Below are positions 39,397 through 50,460 of a stretch of 64,000 nucleotides of DNA, piece after piece. The notes under the pieces were generated by a model. The model was not told the origin of the DNA and ran no database searches. It saw only the letters and a list, made by a program, of their open reading frames with translations. Position 1 is the first letter of the stretch, and every line of letters begins with the position of its first letter. Made by a program: the position numbers and the translations under genes. This stretch comes from Psammoneis japonica (taxonomy: Eukaryota), in contig QPGO01000017.1 in NCBI GenBank assembly GCA_008632985.1, positions 620,001 to 684,000 of the forward strand, written 5' to 3'.

Positions 39397-39588
39397 TGTC
39401 AGCCTGTCTGCACCTGTCGCATGATGGACAGACTGGATGCGGATGATGGCTGGACCATTTAGACAGACAAGCAGATCTCTCTGAGATCTGCTTCTCACTC
39501 TTTTCTTGCTGGCACTCGTGTTGTCACAGTCCTGGTGCTTTAGGGAGTCTTTGGACCATCGTCACCTCACACCTTTGGTGCTCTGTCA
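39397..39588 (+). repeat. 3' LTR, family 1
   Basis: Follows the PPT; followed by the TSD. Confidence 0.95.
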
Positions 39589-42500
39589 TGTTGAAATGGT
39601 CATGGAGATCAAGCAAGATGTTACAAGCAGACAACTTGGGCGGTGGGAACAGCTCTGCAGAGCCATCGCAATCAAGCAAGATCAATGGGTGGCAGAAGAA
39701 GCACAGGATGGCTCAGAATTTGTTTTGGCGCGCAAGTCAACCAATTGACTTTGACAACAAAAATTAAAATCAAGTCCCAATGCTGCATTTGGTCATCACC
39801 CAGTCGGCAATGACAAGCAAAGTGAAATCCTGTCAAGCAGCTGGTTCAGAGTTGTGAAATTGTTGAGTTGCACCTCACTCATTGGGGGGTTCATGACTGT
39901 GTGTTGAGATCACTGGATGTTTGTTGGTTTGCATGGACATTTGTTTGTTTTTAATCACACCCATTTGTGATGAATGGGTGTGATTTGTGTTAAATGATGA
40001 TGATTCACCACAAATGCATTTGTGCAATGATGCTCACACACGCCATCTGCAACATTGTCCATTGGTCTGACCACAAGGCAATTCATGGAAATGGGCTTCT
40101 GATGTTCTTGCACTGCCATGATGGGCAACAACACCTTTGACTGGAGCAAGTGCATTGCTCACATGAAACTGCTGTGCTGCTTGTTGCGCCAAATGTTCTC
40201 ATTCTGTTTGCAGCATGCTTGAACAGGCTGTTGGATGATTTTGCCAGCTGAGACAGGCAAGTCATTCAAAGATTCATTGCATCACTGAAGTGTGTGTAAA
40301 AGAACATTGTGAAAAAGGTCATCTGCACAAGAGCAAAAGCTGAGTGCCAAAAACACAGAAAGCAAACTGCAGATTGCAGAGCAAAGGGGAGTGCAAAAGC
40401 AGCGTTCAGAACAGAGCTCATGGCAGAATCTGAAAAAGTGACAAAAGAGCATGCATCAAAGAAAAGACTGGCAGGTCAAGCCAAAATTGACAAGAGCAAG
40501 AGGAGCAAGACAAAGCAGACATGCATCATTGCAACACACCTTGTGACACAGAGGTGGCACCAACAACATCAACAGATGTTGATTTTTGAGAGAGTAAAAC
40601 ACAGTGCATGGTGCAGATTTGGATCCATGCATTGAAAAAGCTCTGCCCCGCAAAATTCAGCATGCAAAAATTCAAAGTCTCTACAGACACAGCAGGATTG
40701 CACTGGATTTGGGTGGCTGGCCAGCAACCAATCTGATGCTGGTTGATTGATTGTTTTTCCATGCCTGTCAGCACGGCAAGTTTGTGCTGAAGCTGAGTCG
40801 TGCTTGTCAAGTGAGTGTGGCTGCCACTTTTTTGTGCATCACATGCCCGCCATTCTCAGTGGCAGGGCCAGCAGCAAAAAAACAATGGACGTTTGGCAGG
40901 GAAAAAACAATGACTCAGGCAAGCCAGTGGAGCTGTGGCAGCTGCCAACAACAAGCTTGCAGTGCTGGTGCCACTCCTGAGCTGTCTGCAAATTGCCTGC
41001 TGCACCACGCAGAATGCACAACTCCAATCTTTGGTGGTGCAGCCTTGGCCCTCTGTGGTGCACCCACAATGCATTGATCTGCCTGGTTGCAGCAGGAGGA
41101 CGCAACCACAGCAGTTCCAGCCCACAATTGCCACAACTGAGGGGCCAACCACGGAGAAGCAACAGCAAAGATCAGACAAGGAAGTGAGGCACAATGCTGC
41201 CACACAAGGCAAAACACCATCAGAGCTCTGGGGAGTCTTTGGCATTGCAAAGATTCCACACTGGTGTCAGAAGAACAAGGCTGCACTGCCCCCACCATGG
41301 GCAGCATTGGTTTCTCTGCCAAAGACAGGAAATCTGGCTGCAGTCCAAAATGCCATTGATGAGCAGCGCCGACTCAAGTCCACTTTGACTTGACAGCAAG
41401 AGCAAGCCTCATCACCAAGTTGCTTCAGCTTGATTTTGTGGGGTGCAATCAGGCAGAGCCCACACAAGCTGTTGACCCCTCGCTGTGCTGCAAGTGGCTG
41501 AACAGATTGCCTGCCACAATTTGATGCATGCACAGATTCACAGAGGTGCAGGAGTGCCATTGCTGCAGGATGCACAGCTGCTCAAAGCACCAAACAAGGC
41601 ACTGATGGCAGCTGCTGTGCAAGCAGCCATGCAATCACATGACAGGTGCCACCTTGTCTGCTCTGCTGCCCTGGGTGAGAGAACCACCCCATTGTGCAGC
41701 AGCTCACTTTGCAGTGGATGAACATGGACAGGCACGCCAATGAGCTGGCATGTCAACACACTCTTCACCCAACACTCCAGCAATGTGCACAAGTTGAGAC
41801 ATGCAACTGGCTCCTGTCACAAGCCAGGACACACCGGAAGATCCCCTTCACAGGGTGCACAATGTTGTTCACAAGGCAGCCAAGAGAACCATGTTTTGGC
41901 ATCTTAGCTTGCCACTGGCCGGCCATGCTTCCTGCCAGTGCAGCCAGCATGATTTCTGCTGCCAATGAGTTGGACACATCAAGCACACAAGCACAGCCCC
42001 CTGCAAACGCTGCTTGTGCTGGAGCCAACAGTGTCATCAAACCCATCCTGCAACTTGTGCTTCACAAAACTGCACAATTGTCCCAATGTGTGCTCTTGTG
42101 AGATAAAAATGCAGTGCACCCAAGACAAGATCAATCTCCCCAAACCCCAAAGATGACCAAGGATGCATCTGCTGCAATCCTTGCCACATCAAAGGGCAGT
42201 GCAGCCAATGTCAACTGTGGCTCAAGCTGTGGTTGCTGCAACAATCACACCAACAAGGAGCAGCAGCAATTCCTTGCCTGGGGCAAGGAACACTGGGAGA
42301 CCAAATGGGTCTTTGGCAATGGCACAAGTTCAGGGACTTGTTGCCAAGAGCCTTTGCACGTGTTGGCCAAACAACCCACACATCCACAACCCCTGACTTT
42401 GGAGAGTTTGAAATGGCAGTGCACCACCCCACCATGCATGGACAGGGTGTGGCTGCCACAACTTACAATGACAAGTTGGTGAGCACATTTTTTTGACCTG

Positions 42501-43796
42501 CACTGCTTTGTTGCATTGCAAAGAACTCAGCCACTTGATGCATCATTGCAGCAGCAGCAGAGATTGGGGGCCATTGGGCTGGAGCCAATGGCACCCAGCA
42601 CACAGATTGCCAAGGGCCCACAAGCACAGAGAACCCCAGTGATCACAGCCAATGCACCATGGACGTTTGATGAGCCAGACACCAGTGTTGACAGAAGACC
42701 GCACACGTCTGCATGCAAGCATGGACCCCACTTAAACCACCACCACCATCATCACCTCTGTTGTGCCAAAATGTGCATGAATGAATTCATTGCCACTTCT
42801 CAGGGATCCTGTTGTTCATGCCACAACATCTGCTGAGTCATCCTGCGCACCTGGGACAACATCTTCCAACCACTCAACTCCGCCAACCTTGCCACCCACA
42901 AGGAGCCTGTGTCAGTCAAGAAGCTCTGCAATGGTGATGAAACTTGGTTGACACAGAAAGAGGTCTTGGGCCAGATCATCATTGACATGCAGTCCACAAC
43001 CACCCACCTCATGCCACACATGAAAGACTTTGCAGCACTCTGCACAAGGACTTTCCTTGCAACAGAAAATGTGCCACCACCGCTGACTGCCAGAAGCTCT
43101 CAGGAGAACTGCGTTCACTTGGCATTGGATTGCCAGGCTCATGTGGCTTGCACTTGGAACTTCAGGAAAACCCCCTCAACACAACACTGGACTCATGTGT
43201 CTGCTGCACACCTGATGCCCACTTGGCACTGGACAACTTTCACAAGCTTGAGTCTGCACTTGAATTGCACCCCATTTGCACCCAGGAACTGGTGTTGCCA
43301 ACACCAACCCTCACCAGCTGCTGTGACACAGCAGGTCATGGAGCAGGAGGCATGCTCCTTCCAACCAACACTGCCATCCCATGCTCCGCCAAAGAACTCT
43401 GTTTTGGCAGTGGGTGCTCCTGTGCACAATGCAATGCAAGCCCCATTGCACCGCACCTCCCCTTCCCCAAAAGCACCACATCTTGTCTTGCCACATGCAA
43501 AAACCCTTGAGGTCCCATCACTGATGTAGATCTTGAACTCACAGGCAGTGTCATCCAATCACATGCTGCTGGGTGTTGCAACATTCAGGAGTGCACCAAC
43601 CTTTCCTGAGCTGACAACTTGGGTGCCATGCACTGGCAATGCAAAGGACCTGCCACACAACCATCAAGCCAGCATCCATGTTGTTGCAATGCCAGGCATT
43701 CCACCAAAGCCACCATTGGCACCTTGGCCTCCATGATTTTTGGCCCAGACACCTCGACTCTGCCACTGATGATGCTTTGCGCCTTCAGCTCCCCAC

Positions 43797-44034
43797 CGAA
43801 AGAAATCCGATGTGTCAGATTTAGTTAGAGTGCTGTTGTTAGAGTGCCATTGGCAACGGCTGGTGCTGAGCCAACCGTTGTGACGTGCCATCGGAGGGAA
43901 GCGTTGGATTTCCCTCCAATGGCGCTCACTTGTTACGAGCAGTTGCAACAGGCCTGAGAGCATCTTTGGATCGTTAGATTGTTGTCACACCAGTGCTGTG
44001 AGTAGCTGAGCCATTCGGCAGCTGGATTTACTCG
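43797..44034 (+). repeat. 5' LTR, family 2
   Basis: Direct repeat with 50223-50460; followed by PBS-like catcagagccag. Confidence 0.9.
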
Positions 44035-44339
44035 CTTCATCAGAGCCAGTGTCCGCACTCCGCGGTTTGGTGATGGAAAACGATGAACAACGTGATTGTG
44101 ACGGTTGTGTCACGATGGCACGGTTTTGACGACGAATGCCGACTAACCTGAGGGTGTTCACCGTTGAGTGATGCCTTCGCATCAGTGCATGCGCAAAGCA
44201 GTGGGAGATGAGGCCACATCACCGTGCTCTCAAGGCCTGCGCGTATAGCCAACGAGATTTTGTGAACGTCAAAGTTTTGATGCACTTCTTCTAACACAAC
44301 TACTTTGTCTTATGATGCTGCAATGAATCAGGTTTCACC

Positions 44340-45761
44340 ATGGCGGCAGCCCCACCGAACCCGATGGAAACGGCCCTTGCTTGGATCGGTTTCCAGCTGC
44401 CTGCTCAGCGTAACGCGATCATGACTGATGTCGCTACGTTTGACGATGTCGTCGACATGAAGGAATCGGACATCGACATGCTCGCGCAGTCTTGTTCGAG
44501 GAGGACTGCTGCTGAGGGGCGTTTCCACTTTGGATTAGCTCGCACCCGTCGTCTCAAGTCCCTTGTTCATTGGGTGCATGACTTCCAACGCGTCAGTGAA
44601 AATCCTGCCATCAACGGTTTGGATCAGGCGCGTTTTCTCAATGCGCTATCTGCTGCGTTGTCGAGGGCCGACATTCGCAGCCAGATGAGGGATCAATCCG
44701 AGTCCATTGCTCGTGAGGCATCCCCTGGACTCTTGGAGAGCGAAAAGGTCTGGGCAAAATGGAGTGCCGCTTTCAAGAACATGCTTGGCACGATGCTGGG
44801 AGTCGACGGCGTTCCGTTGATTTATGTCACACGCGAGAACGAGGAGCCCGAGCCTGAAGGGCATGAGACTTTCATGCAGAAGTTGGTTGCATGCGCTCCA
44901 CTCGAGGGTCCAGCTTTCGAAGCTGATTCTCGTGCCGTCAGCCAACTAATCGTTTCGTTCACGAAAGGTGCCCCAAGCAAGCAGTGGATCAAAGAGCACC
45001 GTGACAGCCAGAACGGTCGTCTCCACTGCAAATCTTTGGAGAACCACTGTCAGGGCGAGGGCAACACTGCCCGTCGTATCTCAGAAGCTGAACGTTTGGA
45101 AAACACTCTGCATCACAGGAGTGAACGCTCCATGACGTTCGAAACGTTCGTGAACAAGCTTCAGGAGATGTTCAACATTTTCGAAGAGAATGATGAACCC
45201 AAGACGGAGGCTCAGAAGCTGCGATTGCCACTCGACAAGGTGCAACACCAGCAGTTGCAGAACGCAGTAGAGACCCTGAAGGTGCAGAATGAGTTCGGAG
45301 GAGGGATTGGTTTTGCTGCAGCGTGCAACCATCTTGCCGCTAAAGTCGCCACTCTCCCGGAAACAGTTGTGCACCGTCGTGCGATTTCCTCTGTTGCGTC
45401 CGGCGTTGGCAAGGAAGGTGATTCCATTTACAAAGAAGATGGGTCCATCAACACCGGATTTCATAAAAATTGGCATCAATTGAGCAAGGAAGACAAGAAG
45501 AAGGTCATGGACGAGCGTGTGCGTTTGGGACTCAAGAAGAAGCCGGGTAACCCGAAGCGCCGCGCTGCATCCGTCAGATCGCTTAAAAAGAAGAATCGGA
45601 AGCTGACGTCCCAGCTTGAGCAAGCGAACTGCACCATTTCTTCCTTGGAGACCACTGCCGGCACCAATTCCGGAAAGGTTGGCACAGGAACTGGCAGTCA
45701 AGGCGGCAACAATGCCGGAGACGCATTTGGGGGACGCCAGGAGCGTCAGCAACGCAGCTGA
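44340..45761 (+). CDS. gag: Copia family-2 Gag (473 aa)
   Basis: Open ORF downstream of the LTR; GVDGVPLIYVTR, basic C-terminus, AGDAFGGR. Confidence 0.85.
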   Translation: MAAAPPNPMETALAWIGFQLPAQRNAIMTDVATFDDVVDMKESDIDMLAQSCSRRTAAEGRFHFGLARTRRLKSLVHWVHDFQRVSENPAINGLDQARFLNALSAALSRADIRSQMRDQSESIAREASPGLLESEKVWAKWSAAFKNMLGTMLGVDGVPLIYVTRENEEPEPEGHETFMQKLVACAPLEGPAFEADSRAVSQLIVSFTKGAPSKQWIKEHRDSQNGRLHCKSLENHCQGEGNTARRISEAERLENTLHHRSERSMTFETFVNKLQEMFNIFEENDEPKTEAQKLRLPLDKVQHQQLQNAVETLKVQNEFGGGIGFAAACNHLAAKVATLPETVVHRRAISSVASGVGKEGDSIYKEDGSINTGFHKNWHQLSKEDKKKVMDERVRLGLKKKPGNPKRRAASVRSLKKKNRKLTSQLEQANCTISSLETTAGTNSGKVGTGTGSQGGNNAGDAFGGRQERQQRS

Positions 45762-48700
45762 CTCCCAAGCTGGACCCTGTTCTGTAGCCTCATCCAGTTT
45801 GCACTGTGGCTGCTTCATTGGGGTGGGGGCCAGCCGCATCGTTTGAAAGAAACGTTGGTTCATGGGGACTGTTGTTGCATTTGTGAAATCACTGCTTCCA
45901 CACGACGAGTCTCTGTGGCACGGACCAACACGCGTGCCACTCACGTCCGAACAGACGATCAGGTAAAGCGTGGGCGACTAGAATTGGACTCACATGCTGA
46001 CACTGCTGTTTTTGGTTCTAACTTTACCCTCTTGGGTTACACTGGCAGAGAATGCGACGCATCACCTTGTGACGAGGGATGCGAAGCTGTCAAGAGTGTC
46101 CCAATCGCATCCGCGGCCACTGCGTGGACCTCACCGGCGACGGGAGCAACGTGTGCCCCAGCATTCCATGAAGGGCTTTGGATGGCAGATTCCATGGAGA
46201 ATTCTCTCCTCAACCCGAATCAGATGAGGCATTTCAGCATCACGGTTCAGGATGACCCCTGTTCCGAGTCGCCGTTGTATGTCCTTACGGAGGACAAGGG
46301 ATTCATGCTGCCCCTTGAGTTGATGGGAACTGGCATCGTTGCGGCAACTCGGACCCCCACTGAAAGGGAGCTCCAAGAGTGCCCACACATCCAGTTGACC
46401 TCCCAACAACCTTGGGATCCACACAACGTCAAGTTTAAGCAGTCCAGACCTCGACGTTCTGTGGAGGAGGAAATGGAGTTGATTCGGTCGGTTGCAACTG
46501 TTCGGTCAAGCCCTGGCCATGCGTTCAGTCAGGATCCTGATTGTGGCAACCCTCAGACCGGGGACTGTTGTGACAGGAGACTCATCTACGGTGTGGACCA
46601 AGTTCAATCAAGATTGACAGTGTCAGTCCAGGTGGAAGTGGATGTTCAGATCGCGGCCACTGAGACGATCGGCTCGGAACTCGAAGACGCACCGTCCCCG
46701 AAGACTTTCATGTCCAAGGAACGGCACAGTTCTGTCACCGCTGTTGACTTGAGCNNNNNNNNNNNNNNNNNNNNNNNNNNNNNNNNNNNNNNNNNNNNNN
46801 NNNNNNNNNNNNNNNNNNNNNNNNNNNNNNNNNNNNNNNNNNNNNNNNNNNNNNNNNNNNNNNNNNNNNNNNNNNNNNNNNNNNNNNNNNNNNNNNNNNN
46901 NNNNNNNNNNNNNNNNNNNNNNNNNNNNNNNNNNNNNNNNNNNNNNNNNNNNNNNNNNNNNNNNNNNNNNNNNNNNNNNNNNNNNNNNNNNNNNNNNNNN
47001 NNNNNNNNNNNNNNNNNNNNNNNNNNNNNNNNNNNNNNNNNNNNNNNNNNNNNNNNNNNNNNNNNNNNNNNNNNNNNNNNNNNNNNNNNNNNNNNNNNNN
47101 NNNNNNNNNNNNNNNNNNNNNNNNNNNNNNNNNNNNNNNNNNNNNNNNNNNNNNNNNNNNNNNNNNNNNNNNNNNNNNNNNNNNNNNNNNNNNNNNNNNN
47201 NNNNNNNNNNNNNNNNNNNNNNNNNNNNNNNNNNNNNNNNNNNNNNNNNNNNNNNNNNNNNNNNNNNNNNNNNNNNNNNNNNNNNNNNNNNNNNNNNNCA
47301 TTTGTGAGAGCTCACCATTTGGACGCTGGCATTCCTCTGGAAGAAATGCTTGGCGAAACTGTTGACATCTCAGAGCACCTTGACTTTGGATTCTACGATT
47401 GGGTTTGGCACAGGGAGAATGCTGGTCTTGGTGACCAGAAGCTCGGCAGGTGGCTCAGAGTGTCCCACCGGATTGGCAGTCTAATGTCATGTTACGTGTT
47501 GACGCAAACCGGTCGTGTCATGTCGCGAACATCTGTTCAGCGAGTCACCAACTTGGAAGCTGGTGCTCAAGAGAATCAAGATCGGTTCAAGGCTTTTGAC
47601 GAGGAGATCCAGCGCAGACTTCGTGACCAAGAGTTTCCCGAAGACGAAGAGCGCAGGATCAGCCCCGAAGACTGGAAGGACTGTCTTGGGTACGACGACG
47701 AATTCCTCGACGAGTGCGATCGCGTCATTAGTTCTGAAGATGTGTCAAACAAGGACGGCGACAAGAAAGACGAGGAAGCCTCCCCGGAAGCGGCGGATTG
47801 GGGTTGTCTCAACATGGAATTGGCTTTGCCGAGAGATGATGATGGTCCCGAGTTCGCGCGTGCAACGAAGAGGTTGAGGGATGCGAGTGGCATTCCCATT
47901 GGGACAGCCAACGACAACCCAATCCTAGACACTCGAATGCATCAGGTGGAGTGTCCCGATGGTCACACTGCAGCACTTTCAGCCAACTCTGTTGCCATGA
48001 ACATGTTCGCACAGATTGACAAGGACGGAAATCGGCATGTTCTGTTCGACGAGATCACAGACTTCCGTACGAATGGGGACGTCCCGGAATCCGATTTCTT
48101 TGAAACTGAGCAAGGCAACAAGAGGCGGCGCAGGACCACGAAAGGATGGGAACTCTTGTTCCAATGGAAGGATGGTGGTGCTACTTGGGTTGACCCAAAG
48201 GACGCGAAGGAAGGATTCCCTGTCCAGGTCGCCGAGTTCGCCATCCAACGCAAGATCTCGAAGGAGCCGGCGTTTGCTTGGTGGGTTCCGCACGCAATGA
48301 GGACCCGCAAGCGTTCCATTGCGAAGGTTAAGTCGAAGCATTGGTTGAGAACCCATAAATTTGGTGCACGAATTCCCAAGACTGTGAAGGAGGCACTGGA
48401 GCTCGATCGCGCGAACGGCAACACCTCATGGCATGACGCTGTTTGCTTGGAAATGAAGAATGTTCGAGTTGCGTTCGACAAGTTCGAGGGGGACGAAACG
48501 GAACTGCCTCCTGGGTGCCAACAAATCGATTGTCACATGATTTTTGATGTCAAGTTGGGAGAGAACTTTCGGCGCAAGAGCAGGATGGTTGCGGGTGGTC
48601 ACATGACCGATGCCCCAACTGCCATCACCCACTCCTCAGTTGTTTCCAGGGATTCGGTGAGGATTGCCCTTACACTTGCCGCGCTCAATGACTTGCAAGT

Positions 48701-50054
48701 CTTTGCCTGCGACATCCAGAATGCCTGCTTGACAGCGCCGTGCCGAGAGAAAATTTGGACTCGTGCCGGTGAAGAGTTTGGCGCGGAACGCGGTGAGATT
48801 GTGATTGCAGTCAGGGCACTCTACGGATTGAAGAGCTCCGGTGCGGCATTCAGGGCCTTCCTGGCGGAGACGCTTTGTGATCTGGGATGCAAGCCTGGCA
48901 AGGCTGATCCCGACGTTTGGATGAGGCCAGCAGTGAAGCCAGACGGATTCGAGCACTACGAGTGCATCTTGGTGTACGTCGACGACTTTCTGTCGATTGG
49001 TCATGAGCCGATGAAGACTGTGGATGGCATCAAGTCGAAGTTCAAGCTCAAAGACGATAAAGTGGCGGAACCCGAATCCCACTTGGGCGCCAAATTGTCG
49101 AAGATGGACCTTGCTGACGGTGCCACCTGCTGGACGATGTCAGCAGAAGATTGCTGCAAGGCGGCAGTCTGGAATGTTGAGGACAAATTGGCCAAGGAAG
49201 GAAAACGGCTGCCGAGTAAAGCACACACACCTTTGAGTGGCGGACACAAGCCGGAGTTGGACACTTCGGGCGAACTGGATGCAGAAGGCCTCAACTGCTG
49301 CCAAGAGCTGATTGGCGTTTTGATTTGGGCCGTGGAATTGGGTGGGGTCGATGTCATTTTGGAAGTGTCAAATGTGTTGGCTCACCTTGCCTTGCCGCGC
49401 ATTGGTCACTTGGAACAGGCATTGCATGTCTTTGCATACCTCAAACAGGTCCCAAAGCGCCGGGTGGCATTCGATCCCACACATCCGGTCATCGACGAGT
49501 CTGGGTTCAAGGAGTGCGATTGGCTCGACTTCCACCGAGACGCGCAAGAGGCGATTCCCCCCAACATGCCACCACCTCGAGGTGACGTTGTGTCTGCTCA
49601 TTGTTTCATGGATGCCAACCATGCTGGTGACGCATCAACTCGCCGCAGTCATGCAGGCACTCTGATGTTCCCATGCCAAGCACCCATCATCTGGCATTCG
49701 AAGAGACAGAACACCGTGGAGACTGGCACTTTTGGCGCCAAGATCGTGGCACTCAAGGTCGCGGTGGAACTTGTTGAAGGTCTGAGGCACAAGCTTCGAA
49801 TGTTTGGAGTTCCTGTTGAAGGTTCTACGAACGTGTTCTGTGACAATGAAGCAGTGTACAAGAATTGCTCCATCCCGGAGTCTGCTCTCAAGAAGAAGCA
49901 TCATTCCATTGCATGCCATCGCAATGGGGAAGCTGTTGCTGCGGGGACTGTTCGCCTGGCAAAGGAGGACACGGAAACTGACCTCGCGGATTTGTTCACG
50001 AAGGTTGTGACTTCGATTCGTCGCAATTTCCTGTTGGACAAGTTCACTTGTTGA
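45762..50054 (+). pseudogene. pol: Copia family-2 Pol (PR, IN partly in the gap, RT, RNase H); no stops in the sequenced parts but many TpA-derived missense changes
   Basis: ELDSHADT (PR); HSSVVSRDSVR; DIQNACL; ALYGLKSSG; VYVDD; DANHAG; CDNEAV; LADLFTK. Confidence 0.9.
46755..47298. other. Assembly gap (544 N) within the integrase region
   Basis: Run of N. Confidence 1.
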
Positions 50055-50222
50055 ATTGGCGGCAAATGGGGTTTGGATTTTGGGAATTGGGTCGGTGGTG
50101 ATTTTCTTCCCTGGTGAGGGTTTACACCATGGCCAGCACGGAGTGTTAATGTGGTTGATTGCATTGGTTGAATTGTGCCTGTCAAGCACGCCCTTGGCTT
50201 GTTAGAAACATTTCAAGGGGAC

Positions 50223-50460
50223 CGAAAGAAATCCGATGTGTCGGATTTAGTTAGAGTGCTGTTGTTAGAGTGCTGTTGGTGACGGCTGGTGCTGAGCCAA
50301 CCGTTGTGATGTGTCATCGGAGGGAAGCGTTGGATTTCCCTCCAATGGCGCTCACTTGTTGCGAGTGGTTGTAACAGGCCCAAGAGTGTCTTTGGATCGT
50401 CAGATTGTTGTCACACCAGTGCTGTGAGCAGCTGAGCCATTCGGCAGCTGGATTTGCTCG
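50223..50460 (+). repeat. 3' LTR, family 2
   Basis: Follows the PPT; DIRS sequence resumes at 50461. Confidence 0.9.

Larger units (their letters stand above)
32392..39588 (+). mobile_element. Ty1/Copia (CoDi-like) family 1, complete insertion, 5-bp TSD TGTTG
   Basis: 192-bp LTRs at 32392-32583 and 39397-39588 (TG...CA), PBS-like ggttgtggcc, PPT gggaggg, TGTTG on both sides. Confidence 0.97.
31170..39748 (+). pseudogene. Degraded uncharacterised ORF split by Copia (parts 31170-32391 and 39589-39748)
   Basis: Reads through the TSD: KSKGWLPKANKFFV-EMVMEIKQDVTSRQLGRWEQLC. Confidence 0.45.
43797..50460 (+). mobile_element. Ty1/Copia family 2 (CoDi-like), young complete insertion with non-TG/CA ends
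   Basis: 238-bp LTRs at 43797-44034 and 50223-50460, PPT-like aagggga, flanking duplication CCAC(C), gag and pol ORFs. Confidence 0.95.

Noticed and set aside
32392..39588. ADAR or APOBEC editing during retrotransposition
   Set aside because: That would be strand-asymmetric and limited to retroelements. Here A>G and T>C co-occur, the two LTRs are hit independently, and DNA transposons are also affected.
45843..50054. Intact 1403-aa Pol
   Set aside because: Spans 544 N, so frame continuity and length are unverified; many conserved residues are mutated.
12809..50460. Classical fungal RIP as the cause
   Set aside because: RIP creates TpA from CpA/TpG; here conserved motifs show TpA is ancestral and lost.
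43797..50460. CpG deamination alone explaining the TG/CA excess
   Set aside because: It accounts for some sites but not TA-vs-TG/CA LTR differences or Tyr>Cys/His changes, and this element still has many CpG.
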